From positions 9,979 to 73,978 of the forward strand of contig JAFQHZ010000009.1 in NCBI GenBank assembly GCA_017415185.1: DNA of 64,000 nucleotides, read 5' to 3'. Both the position numbers and the translations under genes were made by a program. A model generated the notes under the pieces. It saw only the letters and a list, made by a program, of their open reading frames with translations, made no database searches and was not told the origin of the DNA. Of the stretch, positions 28,434 to 38,756 are shown piece after piece (the stretch's first letter is position 1; the number at the start of each line of letters is the position of its first letter). The DNA is from Candidatus Gastranaerophilales bacterium. GTDB taxonomy: Bacteria > Cyanobacteriota > Vampirovibrionia > Gastranaerophilales > Gastranaerophilaceae.

Positions 28434-29683
28434 ATTGAATGTCTTTCTAAAAGCTTTTCAACCACTCCTTTAAGAGCAATTTTAATGTGATAATAGCTTA
28501 ATCCACCTTGCATATAAATAGCATAAGGAGGACGAGTTGGTCCATCTGCCGAAAGTTCAATTGTTGAACCTTCAATAAAGCTTCCGCCTGCCATTAAAAG
28601 ATTGCAATCATATCCAGGAACAACATCGGGTATTGGAGTTAAATAACTCTCAACAGGAGAAAATCTTTGAATCATAGAACAAAAATCTTGTTGTTCATCA
28701 ACACAATTAAATTGAATTGTTTGGATTAAATCTGTTCTTGTTGTAGAGGATGAAGGAAAAGTCACAAAACCCATATCTTCAAACACTTTCGCAGCCAAAA
28801 TTGCCCCTTTGTGCGCACCAGCAACAATTGAAGGCGCCATAAAGAAACCTTGGAGCATAACTCTTGTTTGGTTATGCATAGCACCACCTTCTGAACCAAT
28901 TCCAGGTGCAGTTAAACGACGTGCCGCCATATCGACATATTTCTTTTTGCCTGCGATATATCCGCCAGCTTCCACAATTCCACCGCCAGCATTTTTAATT
29001 AAGCTTCCGGCGATTAAATCAGCGCCAATTTCGCTTGGTTCTAGTTTTTCAACAAATTCGCCATAACAATTATCCACAAAACAACAAATTTCAGGATTTT
29101 TTGCTTTAACGATTTGAACTATTTTTTTAATATCTTCAACATTTAATGGTTTTCTTAAAGAATATCCTCGAGAACGTTGAATTAAAACCATCTTGGTATC
29201 ATCAAGCAAATATTTTTCAATATTTTCATAATCTACTTCAAGCCCGTTTTTTAACGGAACTTCACTATATTTAACCCCATGACCCATCAAACTACAATCA
29301 AAATCATCACAATTAGGACGAGAGCCGATAATTTGTTGCATAGTGTCATAAGGTTCTCCTGCAATCGAAACAAGCCTATCGCCATGACGCAAAACGCCAA
29401 ATAATGCACATGCCAGCGTATGCGTTCCTGAGACAAAATGAGGTCTAACAATAGCGCTTTCGCATCTAAAAGCATTAGCAAAAACCTTGTCTAGCGCTTC
29501 TCTTCCCATATCGTCATGACCATAACCAGTCACTGTATAAAAATGTTCTTCTCCAATTTTATTATCATAAAAAGCTTCAAGAACTTTTTTTTGATTATAT
29601 TCAGCTATTTCATCAATATTATTAAAAATTTCAAAAAGCGATTTGTGGGCTTTTTCTACTATTTCATTTGCTTTGTTTTTCAT
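28430..29683 (-). CDS. YnbB/aluminium-resistance family PLP-dependent enzyme (Cys/Met metabolism fold)
   Basis: The N-terminal sequence ...VLEAF...EHF..VTGYGHDDMGREALDKVFA..F..E.A.VRP..VSGTH matches the YnbB-type family. Confidence 0.75.
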   Translation of the reverse strand: MKNKANEIVEKAHKSLFEIFNNIDEIAEYNQKKVLEAFYDNKIGEEHFYTVTGYGHDDMGREALDKVFANAFRCESAIVRPHFVSGTHTLACALFGVLRHGDRLVSIAGEPYDTMQQIIGSRPNCDDFDCSLMGHGVKYSEVPLKNGLEVDYENIEKYLLDDTKMVLIQRSRGYSLRKPLNVEDIKKIVQIVKAKNPEICCFVDNCYGEFVEKLEPSEIGADLIAGSLIKNAGGGIVEAGGYIAGKKKYVDMAARRLTAPGIGSEGGAMHNQTRVMLQGFFMAPSIVAGAHKGAILAAKVFEDMGFVTFPSSSTTRTDLIQTIQFNCVDEQQDFCSMIQRFSPVESYLTPIPDVVPGYDCNLLMAGGSFIEGSTIELSADGPTRPPYAIYMQGGLSYYHIKIALKGVVEKLLERHSI

Positions 29684-29716
29684 ATTTCCATTATTCCTTT
29701 TAAAAAAATTTTATCA

Positions 29717-29741
29717 TAAAAAATGGCTCACTAAGAGCCAT
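29717..29741 (-). terminator. rho-independent terminator after hsp20
   Basis: The minus strand has the hairpin AUGGCUC-uuag-GAGCCAU followed by U6. Confidence 0.6.
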
Positions 29742-30205
29742 TAATCTATTTTTAATTTTTTGATTTCTTCATTGTGTTCTTTATGAATTTTTGGAAGTTC
29801 AATATGCAAAACGCCATTTTTAAATTCGCTTTTTGCCTCGTCTGGGTTAATTTCATGCTCAAGCGGAATTACACGAGTAAATTTGCCATATCTAAATTCT
29901 GAAGTTCTTAAATTTTCTTCTTCTTTGCATTCTTCAAATTTTGATTCTGCTTTAATAGAAATGCCATTTTTTGCTAATTCAACGTCGATGTTTTCTTTTT
30001 CAACGTTTGGCAATTCAACTTTAATTTTGTATTGATCATTTTTTTCTTTAATTTCAACCGCAGGGCGAAACGCTTTAAATACAGGCAAATTTGTCTTATC
30101 CATAAATTCCATATCGCCAAAAGTATCTTTCAAAAAACGATTTAAATCTTCGTGAATATTTTCAAAAAAATATGATGGCTCTCTTTTAATAATACTGAAT
30201 CTCAT
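29741..30205 (-). CDS. Hsp20/alpha-crystallin family small heat-shock protein
   Basis: The alpha-crystallin domain runs PAVEIKEKNDQYKIKVELPNVEKENIDVEL...GVLHIELPK. Confidence 0.85.
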   Translation of the reverse strand: MRFSIIKREPSYFFENIHEDLNRFLKDTFGDMEFMDKTNLPVFKAFRPAVEIKEKNDQYKIKVELPNVEKENIDVELAKNGISIKAESKFEECKEEENLRTSEFRYGKFTRVIPLEHEINPDEAKSEFKNGVLHIELPKIHKEHNEEIKKLKID

Positions 30206-30308
30206 AAAAACTCCTTAAATAAACTAAGACGATTCATTTTAAAATAGAAAATTAAAAATTTTATTAGACACCAGAGCAAAATTTTAAATTTATAGTTTTT
30301 AAAAAAAT

Positions 30309-30902
30309 ATGCAAAACATTTCTTTCAAGGGTTGCATTCCTGTCGAATTTTATGCAAAACACCCAAAAACACAAAAATATGTCCCCATTGTTCAACCGCA
30401 AAATGTCAAAAAATGCCAACATTTTGTTGTTCGTAATTTAAATAAAACAATAACAGGACAAAATAAATCTGATGTTTTTACAAAAATTTATGAGCAAGTT
30501 GATTCTGATTATGCAAAAAATCCAATAGTTCGCTCAATTTATGACAAAAGTGCTCCAATTCCAAAAACCGCACAAGAAGCAAGACCTTATGTATTTTTGT
30601 TTACTGGGGATGACACAGACAAAGTTAAAGAACTTGGAAAGCAATTAGGCAAAGACAAAATCGCCATAGCTGAATCAACCGAAGACAAAGAAAAAGAAGC
30701 ACTTTCTCGAGCAAGAAAAAAATATAAAACAGGAATAAAAGATTTGATTAATAGAATTTGTCCAAGAGTTAAAGACGAACAAAAAAGAGATTTAGTAATG
30801 AGAGTCTTTTTCAAACCTGAATACAATAAAAAAGGCGACTTAAGCAGATTTGTTTTTCAAGACGTAATGTTTTATCCGCAAGAAGATAAATATATTCTTT
30901 AA
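30309..30902 (+). CDS. hypothetical protein (197 aa)
   Basis: An ORF with the N-terminus MQNISFKG. I recognise no family. Confidence 0.45.
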   Translation: MQNISFKGCIPVEFYAKHPKTQKYVPIVQPQNVKKCQHFVVRNLNKTITGQNKSDVFTKIYEQVDSDYAKNPIVRSIYDKSAPIPKTAQEARPYVFLFTGDDTDKVKELGKQLGKDKIAIAESTEDKEKEALSRARKKYKTGIKDLINRICPRVKDEQKRDLVMRVFFKPEYNKKGDLSRFVFQDVMFYPQEDKYIL

Positions 30903-30960
30903 AACTCCTCAAAAAAATGCTACAATACTCTTGTGTTTAGCTTAAAAAGGAGTTGATTTT

Positions 30961-32157
30961 ATGTGGGAAAAAAATATTGATATTAATGAAATCAAAGAAA
31001 TTCGCACTCGTACGACTGTTTTCTTTGGAATCGGTGCGATTAAAAAAATCGAAGATATTTGTAAAGATTTAAAATCAAAAGGCATTAATAAATTAATCGT
31101 AATGTCTGGGAAAAATGCATATAAAGCAACTGGCGCTTGGGATTGGGTTGAAAAAGCGCTAAAAAATAATAATATTGAATATGTTAATTACGATAAAGTA
31201 ACTCCAAACCCAACAAATCAAGCAATTGATGAAGCAGCATCATTAGCTCACGAATTTGGCGCTCAAGCAGTAATTGCAATTGGCGGAGGCTCACCAACAG
31301 ACGCAGGTAAATCTGTTGCAATTTTATTAAAATATCCTGATAAATGCGCTAATGATGTTTATGAATTCACTTTTGCACCAAGCGAAGCTGCCCCAATTGT
31401 TGCAATCAATTTAACCCATGGAACAGGAACGGAAACAAACAGATTTGCTGTTGCAACCATTGTTGAAAAAGATTATAAACCTGCTATTGCTTATGATTGC
31501 ATATATCCAATGTATGCAATTGATGATCCAGCTTTAATGGTTAAATTAAGCGAAAAACAAACAAAATATGTTTCAATTGACGCACTAAACCATGTTGTTG
31601 AAGCTGCAACAACTAAAGCCGCTTCTCCATACACAATTTGTTTAGCTCATGAAGTAATTTCAATGGTAGCAAAATATTTACCAAAAGCTTTAGCAAATGC
31701 AGAAGACTTAGAAGCAAGATATTACCTTGCTTATGCTGCTATGATGGGCGGAGTTTGCTTTGATAATGGTTTATTGCATTATACTCACGCTCTTGAACAT
31801 CCATTGTCAGCTGTTAAGCACGAATTATCCCATGGTCTTGGCTTAGCTATTTTATTGCCAGCAGTTGTTGAAAATATGTGGGAAACTAAAAAAGAAACAC
31901 TTGCTCATATTTTAAAACCAATTGCTCCTGAAATTAGCCCACAAACTTCTGCAACTGAAGCAAACGCTTTGGTTTATGATTGGTTAAAATCAGTGGGTGT
32001 ACCAAACAAATTAAAAGACGAAGGATTCAGTGAAGCTGATATTGATAGATTAGTTAATTTAGCATTCACAACCCCTTCCCTAGGCGGTTTATTATCAATT
32101 GCTCCAACGCAAGCGACTCAAGAAGCAGTCAAAGAAATTTATACTAAATCATTATAA
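30961..32157 (+). CDS. iron-containing (group III) alcohol dehydrogenase
   Basis: It has the GGGSPTDAGK motif and His-rich metal-site region (HALEHPLS...H). It is 398 aa. Confidence 0.85.
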   Translation: MWEKNIDINEIKEIRTRTTVFFGIGAIKKIEDICKDLKSKGINKLIVMSGKNAYKATGAWDWVEKALKNNNIEYVNYDKVTPNPTNQAIDEAASLAHEFGAQAVIAIGGGSPTDAGKSVAILLKYPDKCANDVYEFTFAPSEAAPIVAINLTHGTGTETNRFAVATIVEKDYKPAIAYDCIYPMYAIDDPALMVKLSEKQTKYVSIDALNHVVEAATTKAASPYTICLAHEVISMVAKYLPKALANAEDLEARYYLAYAAMMGGVCFDNGLLHYTHALEHPLSAVKHELSHGLGLAILLPAVVENMWETKKETLAHILKPIAPEISPQTSATEANALVYDWLKSVGVPNKLKDEGFSEADIDRLVNLAFTTPSLGGLLSIAPTQATQEAVKEIYTKSL

Positions 32158-32162
32158 AACCA

Positions 32163-32191
32163 AAAGACCGGCAATTAAGCCGGTCTTTTTT
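32163..32191. terminator. bidirectional rho-independent terminator
   Basis: The hairpin AAAGACCGGC-aattaa-GCCGGTCTTT is flanked by A- and T-runs and lies between convergent genes. Confidence 0.7.
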
Positions 32192-32825
32192 AATAATTTG
32201 AACCAAAATATGGATTATATTTTTTCTCATAGCCAATTGTTGTTTTGTCACCATGTCCAGGATAAACAACAATTTCATCATCAAGCGCAAACAATTTGTT
32301 TTTAATGCTTTCCCCAATTTCTTCCATAGAACCACCCCAAAGGTCACATCTTCCAATTGAACCTTGAAACAGTGTATCTCCCGAAAACAAAACGTTATCA
32401 ATCAAAAAGCAAAGTCCACCTTTTGAATGCCCTTTTGTATGTATGATTTTAATTTCTTTTTCGCCCAATTTTAAATCATGGCTATTTTCATCAACCAAAC
32501 CATCAACGCAAGGCAATTCCATATATTCAATTCCTGCCATTTGACATTGTATTGGCATATTTTCCATCAATTCCAAGTCATTTTTGTTCATCAAAATTTG
32601 TGTTTGAACAAATTTGTCCTTCATATCTGAAAGGCAATAAACATGGTCAAAATGCCCATGGGTAATTAAGGCATATTTTAAATTAATATTTTCTTTTTGA
32701 ACAAAAGCTTCAATTTCTTCTATATCACAAGTGCAATCGACAATTGCGCCTTCTTTTGATTCCTCATCATAAACCAAATATGTTATTGCTCCATAAATTC
32801 CATTAGGAAAAACTTCAATCTTCAT
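32190..32825 (-). CDS. MBL-fold metallo-hydrolase (glyoxalase II-like)
   Basis: It has the HGHFDH motif, further downstream His/Asp ligands and a C-terminal GHG. Confidence 0.8.
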   Translation of the reverse strand: MKIEVFPNGIYGAITYLVYDEESKEGAIVDCTCDIEEIEAFVQKENINLKYALITHGHFDHVYCLSDMKDKFVQTQILMNKNDLELMENMPIQCQMAGIEYMELPCVDGLVDENSHDLKLGEKEIKIIHTKGHSKGGLCFLIDNVLFSGDTLFQGSIGRCDLWGGSMEEIGESIKNKLFALDDEIVVYPGHGDKTTIGYEKKYNPYFGSNY

Positions 32826-33066
32826 TTATTCTTTCCTTTAATTTTGCTCTTTCAATATATTTGGATTTTAACATATAAATCCAACTTTTGATTAAATTAA
32901 AAGGACTTAAATCTTGATAAACTTTATAAATTATTGAACGCATTTTCCTATCTGAAACATCAAAATGTCTTTGAAGTTCTTTAATGTATTTGTTTATATA
33001 TTCTTTAACTCTTAGTTCTTTATATGTTTCTTCAAGAGTTTTCTCTTTATTAAAAAAATTTTGCAT
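32815..33066 (-). CDS. hypothetical protein (83 aa)
   Basis: The ORF overlaps the downstream MBL gene start by 11 nt, consistent with an operon. I recognise no family. Confidence 0.4.
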   Translation of the reverse strand: MQNFFNKEKTLEETYKELRVKEYINKYIKELQRHFDVSDRKMRSIIYKVYQDLSPFNLIKSWIYMLKSKYIERAKLKERINED

Positions 33067-33160
33067 AACACACCACTTTTAAATAAATTTTAAAAAATTT
33101 TTTCCTCTTTTTCATTGGAATATCGCACAATGGCGTTTAATATACACAAGTTTAAAAGTT

Positions 33161-34078
33161 GTGTTAAAATTATTGATAATGGGAGAAATAAAGTTTAAAT
33201 TTAATATAGTATTTTTATTCTTTTTGCTGCTTTTCGGATTTTTTACAACTCAAAAAGCGCAAGCTATTAGAATCGGGCTTACAGAAGGAGTTAAAAAAAC
33301 ATACGTTGGCAGTTCTCAAAATGCTTCTTTTAGAGACGCAACAACAGGAAAACTCCTTTTTGTTTCACGCTCTTTTTTCCCATATCAAATCAAAGTTTAT
33401 GATGAAAATTCTATCGCAATCAAAATCAAAGGAAGATATTACGATTGCGCTACAAATGCAATATTCATTGAAAACCCTGATAAAAAAGGGTTCTTAGCTA
33501 CAAAAAGAAAATGGTATCGAGGAGACATCATAATTTACAATCTTGGAGGCACGCTCACTGTTGTAAATTCTCTTCCATTGGAAGAATATTTGCTTGGCGT
33601 TGTTCCTTCTGAAATGCCTTCAAAATGGAACATTGAAGCACACAAAGCTCAAGCAATTGCAGCAAGAAGTTATGCGCTTGCAAATTTAAACAAAAGAAAT
33701 TCGAAAGGATACGATTTAAAAGACACGCCGCTTGACCAAGCTTATGGCGGAGCAAGCAGCGAAACCCCTCAAACAACAAGAGCCGTTCTTTCAACAAAAG
33801 GCGAAGTTTTAACTTATGATAGCAAAATAATTCCTGCATATTACCATGCTTCATCCGGAGGAAAAACATTATCTGCGGGCGAAGTTTGGAACCACGACCT
33901 TCCTTATATTCAATCTGTTAATGGTTATGATTGGGGAACAAGAAAAAGTGGACACGGCGTTGGAATGAGCCAGCATGGGGCTAATAACCTTGCAAACAAA
34001 GGGTTTAGCGCTCGTCAAATTTTAAGCTATTTTTATAAAGACATTAGATTTTCACGACTCAAAACTAAAGAAGATTAG
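33161..34078 (+). CDS. SpoIID/LytB-domain protein (peptidoglycan-remodelling amidase enhancer family)
   Basis: It has a signal/TM segment, then the SpoIID motifs EEYL.GVVPSEMP, EA.KAQAIAARSYA and YHASSGGKT. The start is uncertain (GTG 33161 or ATG 33179). Confidence 0.8.
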   Translation: MLKLLIMGEIKFKFNIVFLFFLLLFGFFTTQKAQAIRIGLTEGVKKTYVGSSQNASFRDATTGKLLFVSRSFFPYQIKVYDENSIAIKIKGRYYDCATNAIFIENPDKKGFLATKRKWYRGDIIIYNLGGTLTVVNSLPLEEYLLGVVPSEMPSKWNIEAHKAQAIAARSYALANLNKRNSKGYDLKDTPLDQAYGGASSETPQTTRAVLSTKGEVLTYDSKIIPAYYHASSGGKTLSAGEVWNHDLPYIQSVNGYDWGTRKSGHGVGMSQHGANNLANKGFSARQILSYFYKDIRFSRLKTKED

Positions 34079-34155
34079 TTTTTATTTTGTAAAACACTTG
34101 CAAAAGCCTATTAAATATGTATAATGAAGGGGTGTTATAAAAAAGGAGTTGTAAA

Positions 34156-34428
34156 ATGAACAAAGAAGAATTAGTAAAAGCAGTTGCAGCAGTTGCTAAA
34201 TTATCTCAAAAAGAAACAGCTGAAATCATCGGCGCTACTATCGAAACAATCCAAAAAACAGTTGCTAAAAAACAAAAAGTAACTTTAGTTGGTTTCGGTA
34301 CTTTCGAAGCTAGAAAAAGAGCTGCTCGTGTAGGTCGCAACCCACAAACTGGCAAAGAAATCAAAATTGCTGCAAAAACAGTTCCAGCATTCTCAGCTGG
34401 TAAAAAATTCAAAGAATTAGTAAAATAG
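34156..34428 (+). CDS. hup: DNA-binding protein HU
   Basis: It is 90 aa and has the HU signature GFGTFE...R.AR.GRNP.TG..I.I. It has an AGGAG RBS and a strong terminator. Confidence 0.92.
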   Translation: MNKEELVKAVAAVAKLSQKETAEIIGATIETIQKTVAKKQKVTLVGFGTFEARKRAARVGRNPQTGKEIKIAAKTVPAFSAGKKFKELVK

Positions 34429-34446
34429 TTCTTTAAATTAAGATTT

Positions 34447-34477
34447 AAAACCCTTGCAAAATTTGCAAGGGTTTTTT
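34447..34477 (+). terminator. rho-independent terminator after hup
   Basis: A 14-bp hairpin AAAACCCTTGCAAA-a-TTTGCAAGGGTTTT is followed by a T-run. Confidence 0.8.
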
Positions 34478-34648
34478 ATTAAAAAAATGAGCGCTAATGC
34501 GCTCAAAGTCATGTTTTTGGTTTATTAAATTATATAAATTTAATTTATTTCATTCCTATAAATTTTATTGTTATATATTAACTTTAAATTAATATTATGT
34601 CAAATCTTTGATTTTATGCTATTATTAATAACATTAAAGGAGGAAGTT

Positions 34649-35149
34649 ATGGCAAAAGATGCTAGTTTTGATATTGTGTCTGAGTTTGATAAACAAGAGC
34701 TTGTCAATGCAATTGATCAAGTAAAAAGAGAGCTAACTACAAGATTTGATTTAAAAGATTCAAATTCAAATATTGAACTTGTTGAAGACAAGGCAATCAA
34801 TATAACAACAAATGACGAAATGAAATTAAAAAATATTTATGACATTTTGCAATCTAAATTAGTAAAAAGAAACTTAAGTCTTAAAATTTTAGACCCACAA
34901 AAAGTTGAAAACGCTCTTGGGGGCAATGTTAAACAAGAAATTAAACTTAAAAAAGGTCTAACTACTGAATTAGCAAAAAAAATTGTTGCTATGATTAAAG
35001 ATACAAAACTAAAAGTTCAAGCTTCAATTCAAGGCGATAGCGTTAGGGTTGTTGGCAAATCTCGTGACGATTTGCAAGACGTAATCAAAGCAGTTAGAGC
35101 AAAAGAAAACGAAATCGATGCGCCATTACAATTTACAAACTATCGTTAA
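34649..35149 (+). CDS. yajQ: YajQ family nucleotide-binding protein
   Basis: The sequence MAKDASFDIVSEFDKQELVNAIDQ...RFDLKD matches the YajQ N-terminus. The start is moved to ATG 34649, behind an AAAGGAGGA RBS. Confidence 0.88.
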   Translation: MAKDASFDIVSEFDKQELVNAIDQVKRELTTRFDLKDSNSNIELVEDKAINITTNDEMKLKNIYDILQSKLVKRNLSLKILDPQKVENALGGNVKQEIKLKKGLTTELAKKIVAMIKDTKLKVQASIQGDSVRVVGKSRDDLQDVIKAVRAKENEIDAPLQFTNYR

Positions 35150-35168
35150 TTAAGGTTAATTTCAAAAC

Positions 35169-36479
35169 ATGAAAGAAAGAATATTACTTTTAATCATAAT
35201 CACATCATTAGTTGCCTTTTTAATAGTTTTTCAAAACTATTTCAATACAATGTGGGCAATAATTTTCCTAGTTGGATTTATGACTCTTTATTCGTTTTAC
35301 ATGTGGGGGGTTAATAAATTCCGCAAAAGAAAATTAAAGAAAAATCCTCCTATTGTGAATTATGATTTTCGCCCTTTTGTTTCAATTTTAATTCCTTGCC
35401 ATAATGAACACGAGGTTATTGAAAAAACAGCAGAAAATATCCTAGCAATTGATTATCCTGATTTTGAAATCATTTTAATCGACGACAGAAGTGAAGATAA
35501 CACTGCGCAAATCATTAAAGAATTAGAACAAAAACACAAAAAAATCACTGCTCTAATTAGACCAAAAGACGCAATAGCTGGCAAATCTGCGGTTTTAAAT
35601 GATGCTATGAAAATTGCAAAAGGGGAAGCAATTCTTGTTTTTGACGCAGACGCTCGTGTTGAGGCTGATTTCCTTAATTTGATGATTCCAAAGCTTGAAC
35701 CAGCGGATGTTGGCGCAGTGCAAGCGCAAAAAGTAATCATCAACGCAAAACAAAATTTCTTAACTCAATGCCAATTTAATGAATATATCCTAGATTCACA
35801 CCTTCAAATTGGAAGAGACGCAGTTAGAGGAGCTGTTGAATTAAGAGGAAATGGCGAATTAATCAAACGTCAAGCAATTATTAGCATAAACGGTTGGAAC
35901 GAAGAAACAATCACAGACGACCTTGATATGTCAACAAGACTCCATATCAAAGGGTGGGATATTCGTTTTTGTCCCGAAGCTCGTGTTTATGAAGAAGGAG
36001 TTATCGCTTTTGGCGCATTAATTCGTCAAAGAAGAAGATGGGTTGAAGGCTCTATAAGAAGATATTTAGAATATGCAGGACAAGTTTTCACATCTGAAGA
36101 TATGTCTCTTCGTGTCGGTTTTGATTTAATTGCATATATTTCCGAATTTTTACTTCCGTTTTGGTTAATAGCCGAAATTTTCATTCAAGCTTTTCACTAT
36201 ATCAAAGGTGATTCAAATGGAATTTTAACTTCTGCAATTTTAGTTACCACAACAGCATTTTTCTTCATAGGAAGCTTTATTTATGCGCTTAGAAAATATG
36301 CAAATTTAAACTTTAAAAATGCAATATGGCAAGCAATAGTTACATCAATTTATTTCTTAACAATTTGGTTTCCTATTGCGATGTTTATCATATTCAAAAT
36401 TGTTTTCACTAAAAAAACAATGGATTGGGGCAAAACTCAACACGGCGTTGCGACAATAGAATCTGAGGTGGTTTTATAA
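35169..36479 (+). CDS. membrane-embedded family 2 glycosyltransferase, processive type
   Basis: It has the GT2 motifs DDRSEDNT, FDADARV and TDDLD and a QxxRW-like motif RQRRRWVEG. TM helices flank the catalytic domain. Confidence 0.8.
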   Translation: MKERILLLIIITSLVAFLIVFQNYFNTMWAIIFLVGFMTLYSFYMWGVNKFRKRKLKKNPPIVNYDFRPFVSILIPCHNEHEVIEKTAENILAIDYPDFEIILIDDRSEDNTAQIIKELEQKHKKITALIRPKDAIAGKSAVLNDAMKIAKGEAILVFDADARVEADFLNLMIPKLEPADVGAVQAQKVIINAKQNFLTQCQFNEYILDSHLQIGRDAVRGAVELRGNGELIKRQAIISINGWNEETITDDLDMSTRLHIKGWDIRFCPEARVYEEGVIAFGALIRQRRRWVEGSIRRYLEYAGQVFTSEDMSLRVGFDLIAYISEFLLPFWLIAEIFIQAFHYIKGDSNGILTSAILVTTTAFFFIGSFIYALRKYANLNFKNAIWQAIVTSIYFLTIWFPIAMFIIFKIVFTKKTMDWGKTQHGVATIESEVVL

Positions 36480-37846
36480 TGTCAGATTTTCATTTTATTG
36501 CAATTGGTGGTGTTGGACAAAGTGCACTGGCAAAAATTCTTTTGTGCTTAGGATATAGCGTTTCGGGCTCTGATATTCAAGAGAGCAAATATACAAAATT
36601 AACCCAAAACCTTGGTGCAAAAATTTATATTGGACACAACGAAGACAATATTCAAGGCACACCAAAAGTTGTTGTGTCTTCTGCAATTAAAGAAGATAAC
36701 CCTGAAATGATAAAAGCTCGCAAATTAGGCTTAGAAATAATGCATCGAAGCGATTGTTTGAAATTTATCTCTGAACAATTTAGCGATTTTATTGGTCTTG
36801 CAGGAACACACGGAAAAACCACAACATCTGGACTTTTAAGCTTTGTTTTAGAACAAATTAAAGCAAATCCAAGTTATGCAATTGGTGGAATAATTCCAAA
36901 ATTAAACATTAACGCAAATGCTTCTAAAGATTCAAGATTTTTCGTTGCAGAATTAGACGAATCAGACGGAACAATTCAAAAATATTCTCCAAAATATTTA
37001 ACGATTAACAACCTTGAAGCAGACCATCTTGATTATTATAAAAATGGTTTAGAAGATATTATTTCAACCTTTGAAAAATTGATTGATAAAATGTCAAGCG
37101 TTTCAAAAATATTTATCAATATCGATGATGAAGGTTGCAATAAATTTTTAGCTCAAACAAAATTTAAAAATTTTATTACATACGCAATTAATTCATCGGC
37201 GGATTATCAAGCAAAAAACATTGTTTTTGATGAATTAAATTCAAGCTTTGATGTTTACAAAAAGGATGAATTTTTAGGCAAAATTAATCTCATAATTCCA
37301 GGATTACACAATGTTTATAACGCATTAACAATTGTTAGCATATTAGACGAACTTGGTTTTAATTTTGATGAATTTGCCCCATATTTTGCTGAATTTTCAG
37401 GAATGGGAAGAAGATTTCAATTGGTTGCAAATACAAACGATATCAAAATAATTGACGATTATGCGCATCATCCAAACGAAATTAAATCAACTTTAAATGC
37501 TATTAAAAATTTAAAAAGAAGAAAAATAGGAATTTTTCAACCTCATAGATACACAAGACTAAAAGGCTTATGGAGCGAATTTTTAGAAAGTTTTGATGTT
37601 TTAGACGAGCTTTATATTGTCGAAACCTTTAGCGCAGGCGACAAATTTGATGAAGAATATAATTCCAAAAATTTTGCAAATGAAATTACAAAAAAAGGAA
37701 TTAAAGCGCAATATATCGAAGGGACAATACCTGAAGCAGGAGAAAAAATTGCGCCAAAACTCAAACAAGGAGATATTGTTTTAACGCTTGGCGCAGGAGA
37801 TATCACAAAAATTGGCGAGGTAATAAATGGTTTGCTCGCAAATTGA
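36479..37846 (+). CDS. murC: UDP-N-acetylmuramate--L-alanine ligase
   Basis: It has FIAIGGVGQSALA and the Mur ligase P-loop GTHGKTTT, plus a C-terminal Mur ligase domain. Confidence 0.92.
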   Translation: MSDFHFIAIGGVGQSALAKILLCLGYSVSGSDIQESKYTKLTQNLGAKIYIGHNEDNIQGTPKVVVSSAIKEDNPEMIKARKLGLEIMHRSDCLKFISEQFSDFIGLAGTHGKTTTSGLLSFVLEQIKANPSYAIGGIIPKLNINANASKDSRFFVAELDESDGTIQKYSPKYLTINNLEADHLDYYKNGLEDIISTFEKLIDKMSSVSKIFINIDDEGCNKFLAQTKFKNFITYAINSSADYQAKNIVFDELNSSFDVYKKDEFLGKINLIIPGLHNVYNALTIVSILDELGFNFDEFAPYFAEFSGMGRRFQLVANTNDIKIIDDYAHHPNEIKSTLNAIKNLKRRKIGIFQPHRYTRLKGLWSEFLESFDVLDELYIVETFSAGDKFDEEYNSKNFANEITKKGIKAQYIEGTIPEAGEKIAPKLKQGDIVLTLGAGDITKIGEVINGLLAN

Positions 37847-38756
37847 AATAAAACATTATGATAATTTTCAACTAACCAATTTCAACACTTTGCGAATTAA
37901 ATCCATAGCAAAGCAATTTTGGATTCCTGACAATTATGGCGAAATGATTTCTTTATTTAAAAAATTCAAAAAAGAAACGCCTATTGTTATTGGAAATGGA
38001 TCAAATATTTTATTTTCTTCCAAAGGAATAGAAGCTCCAATTATCTATACTGGAAATATTAAAGAAGTTTTCATTATTGGAAACACAATCGAAGTTGAAG
38101 CAGGATTAAAAGCTCAAACGCTTTCAAAAATGGCTTACGATAAAGGATTATCAGGCTTTGAATTTTTAATTGGAATTCCTGCGTCTTTAGGCGGCGCAAT
38201 TTATATGAACGCAGGAGCACACAAACAAACAATCAGCGATTATTTAATTAACGCCAAAGTTTATGATTACAAAAAGAACAAAATTTTAACTTTAACAAAA
38301 GAAGAGCTAAATTTTTCATATCGTCATTCAATTTTAAAAGAAAAACCATATATTCTTTTAAGCGCAAAATTTGAGCTTGAAAAGAAAGACAAAGCGCAAA
38401 TCAAAGCACGCATGGATGAAAATTTAATCTTTAGAAAAAATCGTCAACCAAATTTAGCACTACCAAACGCAGGTTCTGTTTTTAAAAATCCAAGCGATTG
38501 CGAATTATCGGCAGGCGCATTAATCGACAAATGCGGCTTAAGAGGTTTTAGAATTGGCGATTGCGAAGTATATGAAAATCATTGCAATTTCATAATCAAC
38601 AAAGGCGCAGCGACAAGCGTTGATTATACAAACATCGTTTTTGAAATATACACAAAAGTAAAAGAAAAATTTAATGTAGAATTAACTCCTGAAATAATAT
38701 ACATTGGCAAAATGACAAAGGATGAAGAAAAAAAATGGAAAATATTAAAAAAATAA
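37827..38756 (+). CDS. murB: UDP-N-acetylenolpyruvoylglucosamine reductase
   Basis: It has an FAD-binding domain (GNGSNILF) and the PNAGSVFKNP motif. It overlaps murC and ddl. Confidence 0.9.
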   Translation: MVCSQIEIKHYDNFQLTNFNTLRIKSIAKQFWIPDNYGEMISLFKKFKKETPIVIGNGSNILFSSKGIEAPIIYTGNIKEVFIIGNTIEVEAGLKAQTLSKMAYDKGLSGFEFLIGIPASLGGAIYMNAGAHKQTISDYLINAKVYDYKKNKILTLTKEELNFSYRHSILKEKPYILLSAKFELEKKDKAQIKARMDENLIFRKNRQPNLALPNAGSVFKNPSDCELSAGALIDKCGLRGFRIGDCEVYENHCNFIINKGAATSVDYTNIVFEIYTKVKEKFNVELTPEIIYIGKMTKDEEKKWKILKK